From Candidatus Latescibacterota bacterium (GTDB lineage Bacteria; Latescibacterota; UBA2968; UBA8231), in contig OZ241867.1 of assembly GCA_965203175.1 (NCBI GenBank), positions 4,160,001-4,224,000 of the forward strand: 64,000 nt of DNA. The letters run 5' to 3'. Each line of letters starts with the position of its first letter. The stretch's first letter is position 1. The translations under genes and the position numbers were made by a program. A model generated the notes under the pieces. That model ran no database searches. It was not told where the DNA came from and saw only the letters and a list, made by a program, of their open reading frames with translations. Shown here piece after piece: positions 27,780 to 37,223 of the stretch.

Positions 27780-29783
27780 ATGGAAATCCTGTCCATCCCC
27801 ATTGAAAAAATCAAAGGTGTAGGGGCCAAACGAGCGTCTGCGCTCAAAGACGTAGAGATCCTGACTCTGGGCGATTTGTTGTACTATCTGCCGCGCCGCT
27901 ACCTCGATCGCACGCAGATTTTGCCCATGGCCCGGGCGCCAATCGGCCAAGAAGTGACCCTCATCGGCGAAGTACGTCAGACGCGCTTCATCCCCGGGTC
28001 GCGGCCTCGCTTCGTGATGGTGGTCACCGACGAGACCGACGATATCACCTGTACCTTTTTTCAGGGGGGGCGCTACTTGCAGCGCAACTTTGCCGTTGGC
28101 GACGAACTGGCGATAAGCGGCAAGGTCGATCTCTTCCAAGGGCGGCGGCAGATGGTCCATCCCGAGTACGAATTCATACGCGGGGAGGAGCGGCTCCACA
28201 CGGGTGTTGTCGTTCCGCTCTATACGACCAGTGCCGATATGAAGGAACGCGGCCTGCGCAGCCGGGGGTTCCGCCGTTTGATAAGCGAGGCGCTGGATAC
28301 CTTTGCCGAGCGGATCGAGGACGATTTGCCCGCGGTCTTGCGCCAGCGCTTGGGCCTTGCAGAGCTGGGCGCTAGTCTGCGCCAAGTGCATTTTCCCGCC
28401 AGCCTCGCCGAGGCGGAGCGCGCGCGGCAGCGCTTGGCCTTTGGCGAGTTTTTTGCCTTTCAACTGCGCTTGGCGCGCCGGCGCAAAAAAAACCATGAGC
28501 AGGCCGACGGCATTGCCTTTGCGCCGAGCGAGAAACTGGTGCCGGCCCTGTGGGATTCCCTGCCGTTTGACCCCACTCGCGCCCAACTCCGGGTCGTCGC
28601 CGAGATCGCCGCGCAGATGCAGCGCCCCCAAGTTATGAATCGCCTCGTCCAAGGCGATGTTGGCTCGGGCAAGACCTTGGTGGGCCTGAGTGCGATGTTG
28701 ATGGCTGTGGAGAACGGCTATCAAGCGGCGATGATGGCTCCGACCGAGATCCTCGCCGAGCAGCACTTTTTCAATATCCAGGCACTCGTCGAGCCCCTTG
28801 GCTTGACTGTGGTCTTCCTCAAGGGTGCCCAGCGCAAGGCACTTCGGCAGGAGTTGTTGACGGCCATTGAAAGCGGCGCGGCCCACATTGTGGTGGGTAC
28901 CCACGCGCTGATTCAGGAGCAGGTGCAATTTGCCCGCTTGGGGCTGGCGGTCATCGACGAGCAGCACCGCTTTGGGGTCGTGCAGCGCGGCGCGCTCTAC
29001 AAGAAGGGCACCAAGCCCGATTTGCTGGTGATGACGGCCACGCCTATCCCGCGCACCTTGGCTCTGACTCTGTACGGTGAGTTGGATGTGTCGATCATCG
29101 ACGAGTTGCCTCCTGGGCGCAAACCGATCCGCACGGCCCTGCGCGGCAACGACCGCCGCGCGGCGATTTTTGAGTTTGCCGGCGATCAGGTGCGGCAAGG
29201 ACGGCAAGTGTACGTGGTATATCCGCTGATCGAAGAGTCGGAAAAGGCGGATTACAAATCCGCAGTCGAAGCCTACGACGAGTTGCGCCACGGCCCGTTA
29301 GCCGACTTCGCAGTGGCCCTGCTGCACGGGCGCATGGCGGCCGAAGAAAAGGCCGCGGTCATGGAGGATTTTAAGGAAAACCGGATCCAAGTCTTGGTTT
29401 GCACCACGGTCGTTGAGGTCGGAGTGGATGTGCCCAATGCCACGGTGATGATCATCGAACACGCCGAGCGCTTTGGCTTGGCGCAATTGCACCAGTTGCG
29501 CGGCCGCGTGGGGCGCGGTGGGGAGCAGTCGTTTTGCATCCTCATTAGTTACGTCCACGCCGGGGCCGAGTTGGCGGATTCGCGCGAGCGGCTCCAGACT
29601 ATGGAGCGCACTCAAGACGGCTTTGAGATTGCGGAAAAGGATTTGCAACTGCGCGGCCCTGGCGAGTTCTTCGGCGTGCGCCAGGCCGGGATGCCCACAT
29701 TTAAGGCGGCGGATTTGATCGCCGACGGAGACTTGCTGCAAAGCGCGCGCGAAGAAGCCATGCGGATTGTAGATAGCGAATAG
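27780..29783 (+). CDS. recG: ATP-dependent DNA helicase RecG
   Basis: PRRYLDR, QGDVGSGKT, DEQHRFGV, MTATPIPRTL, QLHQLRGRVGRG, DLQLRGPGE. Confidence 0.97.
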   Translation: MEILSIPIEKIKGVGAKRASALKDVEILTLGDLLYYLPRRYLDRTQILPMARAPIGQEVTLIGEVRQTRFIPGSRPRFVMVVTDETDDITCTFFQGGRYLQRNFAVGDELAISGKVDLFQGRRQMVHPEYEFIRGEERLHTGVVVPLYTTSADMKERGLRSRGFRRLISEALDTFAERIEDDLPAVLRQRLGLAELGASLRQVHFPASLAEAERARQRLAFGEFFAFQLRLARRRKKNHEQADGIAFAPSEKLVPALWDSLPFDPTRAQLRVVAEIAAQMQRPQVMNRLVQGDVGSGKTLVGLSAMLMAVENGYQAAMMAPTEILAEQHFFNIQALVEPLGLTVVFLKGAQRKALRQELLTAIESGAAHIVVGTHALIQEQVQFARLGLAVIDEQHRFGVVQRGALYKKGTKPDLLVMTATPIPRTLALTLYGELDVSIIDELPPGRKPIRTALRGNDRRAAIFEFAGDQVRQGRQVYVVYPLIEESEKADYKSAVEAYDELRHGPLADFAVALLHGRMAAEEKAAVMEDFKENRIQVLVCTTVVEVGVDVPNATVMIIEHAERFGLAQLHQLRGRVGRGGEQSFCILISYVHAGAELADSRERLQTMERTQDGFEIAEKDLQLRGPGEFFGVRQAGMPTFKAADLIADGDLLQSAREEAMRIVDSE

Positions 29784-29791
29784 GAGATGCC

Positions 29792-30922
29792 ATGAAAAGC
29801 GAAAGCCTCATTCCGCCCGCGGATTTTGTCGGGCTCGACGCAGTGACCCATCTCTGCACAGGGGGCGAAGCGCCTTGGTTAAAAGGGCAGAGTGAGGTGT
29901 ACGCGGAATTTGCTCAGTACAAAAGCGGCGGTGACCGAGGACGGCGCGCCATCTACGCCCGCGGCGAGCGCTGCCGCCAGCGCATGGGGCAGTTGTGGGG
30001 CGTTCCAGACGAGCGGATCGCCTTTACGCCGTCGGCGGCTGAAGGCATGGCTTGGTTGGCGCGGGGCTTGAACTGGCAGCCGGGCGACAACGTGGTGACC
30101 ACCAATTTGGAATTTCCCTCGGTGGCGTACAATTGGCGCAACGTGCGCGAGCAAGGGGTCGAATTGCGGCTGGTGCCGCATCGCGATTGGCTGGTGCGGG
30201 AGGAAGATCTGTTGGCCGCAGTCGATGAGCGCACTCGGGTCTTGGCTGTGAGTCAAGTCAGCTTTTACACGGGGCAAAACCTCGATATCGAGCAATTAGC
30301 GGCCGGGCTTGCCGGGCGCGACGCGCTCTTGGCGGTCGATGCGACCCACGCTGCGGGCGCAGTCGCCGTGCCGGCGGCGTGTACTGACTTGTGCGTCAGT
30401 TCGTGCTACAAGTGGCTGTTGGCGACGCACGGGGTTGCGCCGTGTTATTTGAGCCAACGGGCCGAGGCGCAAGTGCGCTCCACGGCTTTTGGCTGGCGCA
30501 ACTTGGCGGTGTGGCCGGCGCAAGGGGCTGTGCGCGAACTAGATGCCGACGAAAAGCCAATGCCCGACAAAATGGAGCCGGGCAATCCGGCTATGGTGGC
30601 GGTGCTCTATCTCGATTACGCTTTGGGGCGGCTATTGGACGTGGGGATTGAGCGGATAGAGGAGCACAACCGCGACTTGTCCGAACAAATCAGCGCCGGG
30701 CTGGAGCGTCTCGGGCGGCAGGTTATTTCGCCGAGTGCGCGGCCGCAGCGCTCGGGCAATACCTGTTTTGCGGACGACGACGCGCACGGGCTGTGTGAGG
30801 CTCTGGCCGACCGAGGGGTGTTGGTGTGGGGGGAATACGGGCGGGTGCGGGTCTCGGGGCATTTGTATAATAACAGTGACGATGTGGAGCGGTTTTTAGG
30901 GGTTTTGGGCGAGTTGGTGTAG
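29792..30922 (+). CDS. Class V PLP aminotransferase / cysteine desulfurase-like
   Basis: EFPS, VDATHAAG, SCYKWLL, RVSGHLYN. Confidence 0.85.
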   Translation: MKSESLIPPADFVGLDAVTHLCTGGEAPWLKGQSEVYAEFAQYKSGGDRGRRAIYARGERCRQRMGQLWGVPDERIAFTPSAAEGMAWLARGLNWQPGDNVVTTNLEFPSVAYNWRNVREQGVELRLVPHRDWLVREEDLLAAVDERTRVLAVSQVSFYTGQNLDIEQLAAGLAGRDALLAVDATHAAGAVAVPAACTDLCVSSCYKWLLATHGVAPCYLSQRAEAQVRSTAFGWRNLAVWPAQGAVRELDADEKPMPDKMEPGNPAMVAVLYLDYALGRLLDVGIERIEEHNRDLSEQISAGLERLGRQVISPSARPQRSGNTCFADDDAHGLCEALADRGVLVWGEYGRVRVSGHLYNNSDDVERFLGVLGELV

Positions 30923-30970
30923 GGAGGCTGAGACATAAAATATGGAGACGACAAAACAGGAACCTTAAAA

Positions 30971-31297
30971 ATGAATATCGCAGCCTCGGAAACGTTTATA
31001 TCGACTATGGTGGACCGCATCGTGGAAGCCTTCCAGCCTGCACAAATCGTCCTTTTCGGTTCCCACGCACGAGGTACGGCAACTGAATGGAGTGATGTGG
31101 ATTTGCTCGTAATTCTGCCGAAGGTGTCTGACAAACGGGGCACGGCTATCGAGATCCGCCGGGTCTTGGGGGATCTGCCGGTTTGCAAGGACATAGTGGT
31201 GGCGACTCCCGAAGAAGTCTCTCGTCGCGGGCACCTTGTGGGAACTGTATTGCGCTCAGCTCTCCGCGAGGGGAAGGTTATTTATGAGCGACTCTGA
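30971..31297 (+). CDS. Minimal nucleotidyltransferase (MNT antitoxin)
   Basis: LFGSHARG...SDVDLLV. Confidence 0.9.
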   Translation: MNIAASETFISTMVDRIVEAFQPAQIVLFGSHARGTATEWSDVDLLVILPKVSDKRGTAIEIRRVLGDLPVCKDIVVATPEEVSRRGHLVGTVLRSALREGKVIYERL

Positions 31298-31694
31298 ACT
31301 CGTTGATGAAGCTCGCCGCTGGCTTCGTTTCGCGACGGAGGATCTCGATGTTGCACAACGCTTGCTAACAGCGGATGGGGCACCTCCTCGCCACGCTTGT
31401 GCTCTAGCCCAACAAGCTGCTGAAAAGGCGTTGAAGGCAGCACTGGTACTTGAGGGAATAGACTTTCCATTCCGACACGACTTGGATGCCTTGCGCAACC
31501 TGCTCCCAAGCACTTGGTCGGTACGGCGTACGCACACTGATCTTGCTCAATTGACGGAATGGGCTGTCGAGGCACGATATCCAGGAGATTGGCAAGAGGC
31601 CACAGCAACCGATGCCGAACAGGCGGTGCCGCAGGCACGAGGGGTTTACAACTCGATAGCGGCTGAGTTTGAGCGGCGCACAAACGCTGACTGA
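31284..31694 (+). CDS. HEPN domain protein (MNT-HEPN pair)
   Basis: AQQAAEKALKA, HDL, ARYP; overlaps the MNT gene. Confidence 0.88.
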   Translation: MSDSELVDEARRWLRFATEDLDVAQRLLTADGAPPRHACALAQQAAEKALKAALVLEGIDFPFRHDLDALRNLLPSTWSVRRTHTDLAQLTEWAVEARYPGDWQEATATDAEQAVPQARGVYNSIAAEFERRTNAD

Positions 31695-32512
31695 ATCTGG
31701 CTCGTCGCTTTCGCCTTGAAGAGGACTCAACGTTGGGACTCAAGCACGTATCGCCGTCCGGCGACCGCTTCGACGAATCGATTGTTCCCCGCACCTCGCC
31801 AGAGTATCTCGACGAGGAACTGACGCGCCGGTTTCTCCGCGAAGACGCCGAGCTGACCGAGGATACTTTGCACAAGCTCCGCATCGTCGCTGCCGACGAG
31901 GAAGACGTCGTCCGTCTCACACTCGCTGGCGTTCTACTATGCACGCAGCAGCCGCAACAATGGATGCCCCACGCATACATACAAGCCGTCAGCTATGCAG
32001 GCGAGCGGACGGATGTCAACTATCAGACCGACGCCCGCGATATTGAAGGACCACTCGACGAGCAGGTTGCGGAAGCGTTGCACTTTGTGCGGCGGAACAT
32101 GCTGGTGCGAGCGACCAAAGTAACGGCTCGGGTCGATCAGCCGCAGTTCAGCGAGCGGGCCGTGTTTGAGGCACTCGTCAACGCCGTGGCGCATCGGGAC
32201 TATTCGATGGGGGGTTCGCGGGTGCGTCTGCACATGTTCGGAGACCGTCTTGAGCTATACGTCCCCGGTGCCTTGGCTAATACGCTCTCGCCGGACAGTC
32301 TGCATCTGCGGCAAGCCAATCGCAATGAACTTATCGTGTCTCTGTTGGCGCGTTGTCCCGCACCGACCGGTCTTGGACGGACTCACTTGATGGACCGGCG
32401 CGGCGATGGGGTGCCGATTATCCGCGAAGAGTGCCAGCAGCTTGCGGGTCGTCTCCCCGAGTACAGCCTAATTGACGACAGCGAGTTGCGGCTGGTGATT
32501 TGGGCGGCGTAG
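31691..32512 (+). pseudogene. AlbA_2(Schlafen)-HATPase (RecG C-terminal-like) gene with most of the N-terminal domain deleted
   Basis: LARRFRLEEDSTLGLKHV joined almost directly to RFDESIVP; then EALVNAVAHRDYS, RNELIVSLL, RRGDGV; no ATG start. Confidence 0.65.
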
Positions 32513-32517
32513 CCCAA

Positions 32518-33870
32518 TCAGTCGCCAAAAAACTCTCCGTAGATCGAGCGCACGGCCGCGGGAATGTCCGCTGCCGCGATCCCGAACATCATGCTGACCT
32601 CGCTCGATCCTTGATTGATCATCTCTATGTTGACGCTGGCGCGGGAAAAGGCACGGCAGGCACGAGCCGCCAAGCCAATGGTGTGGTGCATGCCCTCGCC
32701 GACGACCATCACCAAGGCGAGCCCGCGGGCGACCGACAACTCATCTACCTCTAGCTCGGTGCGAATCCGACGCAGGACTCGCTCTTCGGCCGCGTGGTTG
32801 AAATACGACTCGCGCACGATCACCGACATATTGTCAATGCCCGACGGCGTGTGCTCAAAGGAGATCCCCTCGTCCTCAAAAATGGCCAGCAAGCGGCGGC
32901 CAAAGCCCACTTCGCGGTTCATCAGGTACTTGCTGATGTACACGCTGCAAAACCCGTCGGTGGCGGCGATGCCGACGACCGGGTGGTCGCCGATCGCGCG
33001 CTCGGGGACAATGCGGGTGCCGGGTGCCTGCGGGTTGTTGGTGTTTTTGACGACGACCGGGATCCCGGCGTGGAACACCGGTTCGAGGGCTTCGTCGTGA
33101 AACACGGAAAATCCCGCGTAGGACAACTCGCGCATCTCGCGGTAGGTAATCTCAGTGACGGCGACTGGGTCGTCTACGAGTGTGGGATTGGCCACAAAGA
33201 CCGAATCGACGTCTGTGAAGTTTTCGTACACAGCCGCGTCGACGGCCGCGGCGAGGATTGCGCCGGTTATGTCCGAGCCGCCGCGCGAGAAGGTGACGAC
33301 CCGGCCGGTGGGCGAATAGCCAAAAAAACCGGGGAAAATGGTGATGCCTGGACGGTCCTTGAGTTGGCGCAGCTTGCCGTAGGACGCCTGTAACACGCGG
33401 GCGTTGCCCGGCTCTTCCGAGAGAATTAGGCCGCCCTCGCCTGGGTCGAGATAGTGGGCTTCGGCCCCGCTGTGGCGCAGGTACTCGGCGACTAGGCGGG
33501 CGCAGTTGTCCTCGCCGCCGGCCTTCATGGCGTCTGCGTAGAGCGCTTCGTCGCTCGTGCTCATGGCTAGCCGCTGCTCAAAGTCGGCGACAATGGGCGC
33601 GAGCGCCGTGTCCGGCAAGCCGAGATCGCCGATGATGGCGGCGTAGCGGTCGATGACGCGCGCCAGCGCGGTGCGCCCGTCTTGGTTGGTTAGCTGGGCG
33701 CGGACCACTTCAATGAGGAGGTCGGTGACCTTGGTGTCTTCACGGTCGCGCTTGCCTGGGGCCGAGACTACGACGAGTCGGCGCTCTGGATCAGCGGTGA
33801 CAATGGCGCAGATTTTCTCTATTTGCTCGGCTGACGCGAGGGACGTGCCGCCGAATTTAGCTACTTTCAT
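32518..33870 (-). CDS. lysC: Aspartate kinase (YclM/AKIII-like)
   Basis: MKVAKFGGTS, VVSAPG, FSRGGSDITG, TYREMRELSY, ACT domains; start at 33870. Confidence 0.92.
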   Translation of the reverse strand: MKVAKFGGTSLASAEQIEKICAIVTADPERRLVVVSAPGKRDREDTKVTDLLIEVVRAQLTNQDGRTALARVIDRYAAIIGDLGLPDTALAPIVADFEQRLAMSTSDEALYADAMKAGGEDNCARLVAEYLRHSGAEAHYLDPGEGGLILSEEPGNARVLQASYGKLRQLKDRPGITIFPGFFGYSPTGRVVTFSRGGSDITGAILAAAVDAAVYENFTDVDSVFVANPTLVDDPVAVTEITYREMRELSYAGFSVFHDEALEPVFHAGIPVVVKNTNNPQAPGTRIVPERAIGDHPVVGIAATDGFCSVYISKYLMNREVGFGRRLLAIFEDEGISFEHTPSGIDNMSVIVRESYFNHAAEERVLRRIRTELEVDELSVARGLALVMVVGEGMHHTIGLAARACRAFSRASVNIEMINQGSSEVSMMFGIAAADIPAAVRSIYGEFFGD

Positions 33871-33912
33871 GGCGTTCCTTTGCGAATTGGGTAAAAAATA
33901 TAAAACAATGCG

Positions 33913-34095
33913 CGGGAACGGGAAGTGCTCGAACTCTTGGCCAAGGGGTTGCAGAACAAGGAAATCGCCGCAGCCCTCCACATTGGCGAGCGCACCGCCA
34001 AGTTCCACGTCAGCGCCCTGCTGCGCAAGCTGGAGGCTGGCAACTGCACCGAAGCCGTGGCTCTAGCTGCGCAGCAGGGGATTATTACCGTATAA
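33913..34095 (+). pseudogene. Isolated LuxR/NarL-type HTH (regulator remnant)
   Basis: [45 protein letters not shown]; in-frame TAA at 33901 upstream, only a GTG at 33925 as possible start. Confidence 0.7.
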
Positions 34096-34105
34096 CTAGC
34101 GCCAG

Positions 34106-34148
34106 CCTGTCCTTTGGGACAGGTCGTATCCCGGTCCAATTGCGGACC
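34106..34148. promoter_or_regulatory. Two palindromes, possible LuxR/NarL-family operator boxes
   Basis: CCTGTCC-TTTG-GGACAGG (34106-34123) and GGTCC-AATTGC-GGACC (34133-34148). Confidence 0.4.
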
Positions 34149-34156
34149 TCTATACT

Positions 34157-34188
34157 GGCCCTCCGAGCGATTCGGAGGGCCTTTTTTT
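34157..34188 (+). terminator. Intrinsic terminator-like hairpin
   Basis: GGCCCTCCGA-GCGAT-TCGGAGGGCC followed by T7. Confidence 0.75.
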
Positions 34189-34239
34189 GTGCGAAATTGA
34201 GTAGCGAGCAGGACAAACTCATTTGCAAGGAGGCATAGC

Positions 34240-34941
34240 ATGAACGAGCAGACCAGACAGACCGCCCTCATAACCGGTGCTTCGCGGGGCCTAGGAAGGG
34301 CCTTGGCGCACGCCTTGGCGGATGCGGGTTGGAATCTAATCCTCGACGCGCGCGGTGCCCAAGCACTAGAGGGCGTTAAGGATAAATTGGCGGCCCGTAC
34401 CCGAGTCGCGGCTATTGTCGGCGATGTAACCGATCCAGCGCATTGCCACACCTTAGCTCAAGCTGCAGCGGAATGCGGCGGAGTGGATGCGCTGATCAAC
34501 AACGCCGGGGCCTTGGGCCCTAGTCCGCAGCCGCGGCTCCTCGACTATCCGCTCGACGTCTTGGAGCAAGTATATCGGACGAATGCGTTCGCACCTCTGA
34601 GGCTTATTCAGGCGTTGCGCCATCAGCTAGGCCGGGGAGCGCGGATAATCAATATCACCAGCGATGCGGCCGTGCAGGGCTACGAGGGATGGGGCGGCTA
34701 CGGGTCGAGCAAGGCGGCCTTGGAGCAACTTTCCCACGTCTTGGCCGCCGAGCACCCCGAATGGAAGGTTTATTGGGTTGACCCTGGGGATATGCGGACC
34801 GCGATGCACCAAGCGGCTTTTCCGGGCGAGGATATCAGTGATCGCCCGCTGCCCGCAGAAAGTGTCCCCGGTCTAATCGCCCTGCTAAAGGGCAAGTTGC
34901 CCAGCGGCCGTTACCAAGCACGCGAATTGCCAAGCTCGTAA
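34240..34941 (+). CDS. SDR family oxidoreductase
   Basis: TGASRGLG, NNAG, YGSSK, VDPGDMRT. Confidence 0.9.
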   Translation: MNEQTRQTALITGASRGLGRALAHALADAGWNLILDARGAQALEGVKDKLAARTRVAAIVGDVTDPAHCHTLAQAAAECGGVDALINNAGALGPSPQPRLLDYPLDVLEQVYRTNAFAPLRLIQALRHQLGRGARIINITSDAAVQGYEGWGGYGSSKAALEQLSHVLAAEHPEWKVYWVDPGDMRTAMHQAAFPGEDISDRPLPAESVPGLIALLKGKLPSGRYQARELPSS

Positions 34942-34954
34942 AGGAGGTGTAGCG

Positions 34955-36064
34955 ATGACGACCCTACTGAATACCGCAGCAGAAAACCGCGTCGATCTAG
35001 AATTCGCGCTCGGGAGCAGTGATTTTGTGCTGCCCGCTGAGTTGGAGGCAAGCGAACCGCCCGAAGCCCGCGGGCTGGCCAGAGACCAAGTGCGTCTGCT
35101 GGTTACAGCGGGCGCGGGAAAAGCCGAGCACGCAGTTTTCCGCCAGTTGCCCGATTTCTTGCAGGCAGGCGACCTGTTGGTGATCAATACCAGCGCGACC
35201 CTGCCGGCCGCGCTCACCGGCCAGCGGGACGACGGCAGCGCAGTGGAGGTCCATCTTTCGACCCGGCTGCCGGCCGGGATGTGGAGTGCGGAATTGCGCC
35301 AGCCAGCAGTTAGGGCCAGCCGGGCTTTCTACGGCGGCCGCGCCGGCGAGGTGATCGGGCTGCCGGGCGGCGGGCAGCTCAAACTCTACGCGCCCTATAG
35401 CGAAGATCGGCGCATTCAAAAGGGGGATCGGGTGCGGCTCTGGGTGGCGCGCTTGGCCGCGCCGCTGCCGTGGGCAGACTATCTGCACGCCCACGGCTTT
35501 CCCATCCGCTATGAGTACATGGGGCAGAGCTGGCCTCTGGCCTACTACCAGACCGCTTTCGCCGTCGAACCCGGTAGCGCCGAGATGCCTTCAGCCGGTC
35601 GGCCCTTTACCCCAGAGTTGATAACCCGGCTAGTGGCCAACGGCGTGCAGATCGCACCCTTGGTGCTGCACACCGGAGTAGCGAGCTTAGAGGAGGGTGA
35701 ACCGCCCTACGCCGAGTACTACCGGGTGCCCGAGCCAACCGCGCAGCAGATCAACTACGTTCGCGCCACAGGAGGGCGGGTGGTGGCGGTCGGCACGACA
35801 GTAGTCCGGGCCGTAGAAAGCGTTGCCGATGATCGAGGAAGAATCCGTGGCGGTGAGGGGTGGACGCGGCTAGTAATAGGCGAGGGGCATCGGCCGCGAG
35901 CCATAGATGGCTTGCTGACGGGCTTTCACGAGCCGCGAGCCTCGCATCTGCAGATGCTGCAGGCACTGGCCGGAAACGAACACCTAGGGCGGGCGTATGA
36001 GGAGGCGTTGGCGGCGGGATATCTCTGGCACGAATTCGGAGACATACACTTAATCCTGCCGTGA
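34955..36064 (+). CDS. queA: QueA-like SAM:tRNA ribosyltransferase-isomerase family protein
   Basis: GDLLVINTS, YQTAFA..PGSAEMPSAG, LHTG, VAVGTT, LTGFHEP, EFGD; divergent paralogue type. Confidence 0.7.
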   Translation: MTTLLNTAAENRVDLEFALGSSDFVLPAELEASEPPEARGLARDQVRLLVTAGAGKAEHAVFRQLPDFLQAGDLLVINTSATLPAALTGQRDDGSAVEVHLSTRLPAGMWSAELRQPAVRASRAFYGGRAGEVIGLPGGGQLKLYAPYSEDRRIQKGDRVRLWVARLAAPLPWADYLHAHGFPIRYEYMGQSWPLAYYQTAFAVEPGSAEMPSAGRPFTPELITRLVANGVQIAPLVLHTGVASLEEGEPPYAEYYRVPEPTAQQINYVRATGGRVVAVGTTVVRAVESVADDRGRIRGGEGWTRLVIGEGHRPRAIDGLLTGFHEPRASHLQMLQALAGNEHLGRAYEEALAAGYLWHEFGDIHLILP

Positions 36065-36231
36065 GCAGATCCGGTTTTTCGCTGCAAGCCGCCGTGGGGT
36101 AGTGGGTCACTTTGCCATTTTTATAAATTTGTCTTACAGGGGCTTTATGATTATCTTATCAAGTTTGTCACTTATCACAAACGTAACATTCTGCCGAGCT
36201 AGCGGCCCCTATCCCACGCAAAGGTCCATTG

Positions 36232-37203
36232 ATGAAAGCAGTGCGTTTCCACCAGTGCGGAGGCCCTGAAGTCCTCACCTATGAGGACGTGCCCGAGCCC
36301 ACACCTAGGCCGGGCGAGGCCGTAGTCGAAATCAAAGCCATAGGCTTGAATTATATCGACACTTATCACCGCGGCGGGCTATACCCAGTCGAGCTGCCCT
36401 GCATCCCTGGCATGGAAGCCGCCGGAATCGTCGCGCGCGTCGGCGAGGGGGTAGAGGGTGTGCAAGTGGGTGATCGCGTGGCCTATGCCGGGGTGATGGG
36501 GTCGTACGCCGCAGAAGCGGCCGTGTCCGCTGACCGATTGGTTCCTCTGCCTGACTCAGCGTCCTATCAGGTGGGGGCCGCCGCTTTGCTACAAGGCATG
36601 ACGGCGCACTACCTAGCGCATGGATCCTATCGGTTGGGCCGCGAAGACACGGCTTTGATCCACGCTGGGGCTGGCGGCGTGGGCTTGCTCCTGATTCAGA
36701 TGGCTAAGCGGTGTGGAGCGCAGGTGTTTTGCACGGTCTCAACCGAGGAAAAGGAGCAGTTGGCTCGGGGGGCCGGGGCTGACGAAGTCATCCGCTATAC
36801 TGAGCGAGACTTTGAACAGGACGTCATGGCACTCACCGACGGGCGCGGGGTTGATGTGGTGTACGATTCCGTGGGTCAGGCGACCTTTGACAAGAGCTTG
36901 AACGTGCTCAGGCCCTTGGGTTACTTGGTGTTGTTCGGTCAGTCGAGTGGCCCGGTCCCGCCCTTTGATGCCGGAATCCTCAGCACCAAGGGGTCGCTCT
37001 TTTTGACTCGGCCGACCATGCTGCACTACATCCAGACCCGCGAGGAGCTATTGGAACGCGCTGGCGCGGTGTTGGAATGGATCGGTAGCGGCGAGTTGGC
37101 GCTGCGTATCAGCGAGCAGTTCGCCTTGTCGGACGCGGCTGAAGCCCACCGCGCCCTGCAGGGGCGCAAGACGACCGGCAAGGTTGTCCTCATACCCGAT
37201 TGA
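36232..37203 (+). CDS. qor: NADPH:quinone oxidoreductase (zeta-crystallin family)
   Basis: GLNYID..HR.G.Y, LQGMTAHYL, AGAGGVG, VVYDSVG, RKTTGK. Confidence 0.9.
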   Translation: MKAVRFHQCGGPEVLTYEDVPEPTPRPGEAVVEIKAIGLNYIDTYHRGGLYPVELPCIPGMEAAGIVARVGEGVEGVQVGDRVAYAGVMGSYAAEAAVSADRLVPLPDSASYQVGAAALLQGMTAHYLAHGSYRLGREDTALIHAGAGGVGLLLIQMAKRCGAQVFCTVSTEEKEQLARGAGADEVIRYTERDFEQDVMALTDGRGVDVVYDSVGQATFDKSLNVLRPLGYLVLFGQSSGPVPPFDAGILSTKGSLFLTRPTMLHYIQTREELLERAGAVLEWIGSGELALRISEQFALSDAAEAHRALQGRKTTGKVVLIPD

Positions 37204-37223
37204 AGTACCCAAGGAGTTAGGCG

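Noticed and set aside
27690-29291. 533-aa minus-strand ORF and the many other overlapping ORFs in the track
   Set aside because: These are antisense or alternate-frame shadows of clear genes (here recG), expected in GC-rich DNA.
36160-36190. GTCAC/GTAAC upstream of qor as a Pho box
   Set aside because: The units are 16 bp apart, not in 11-bp phase.
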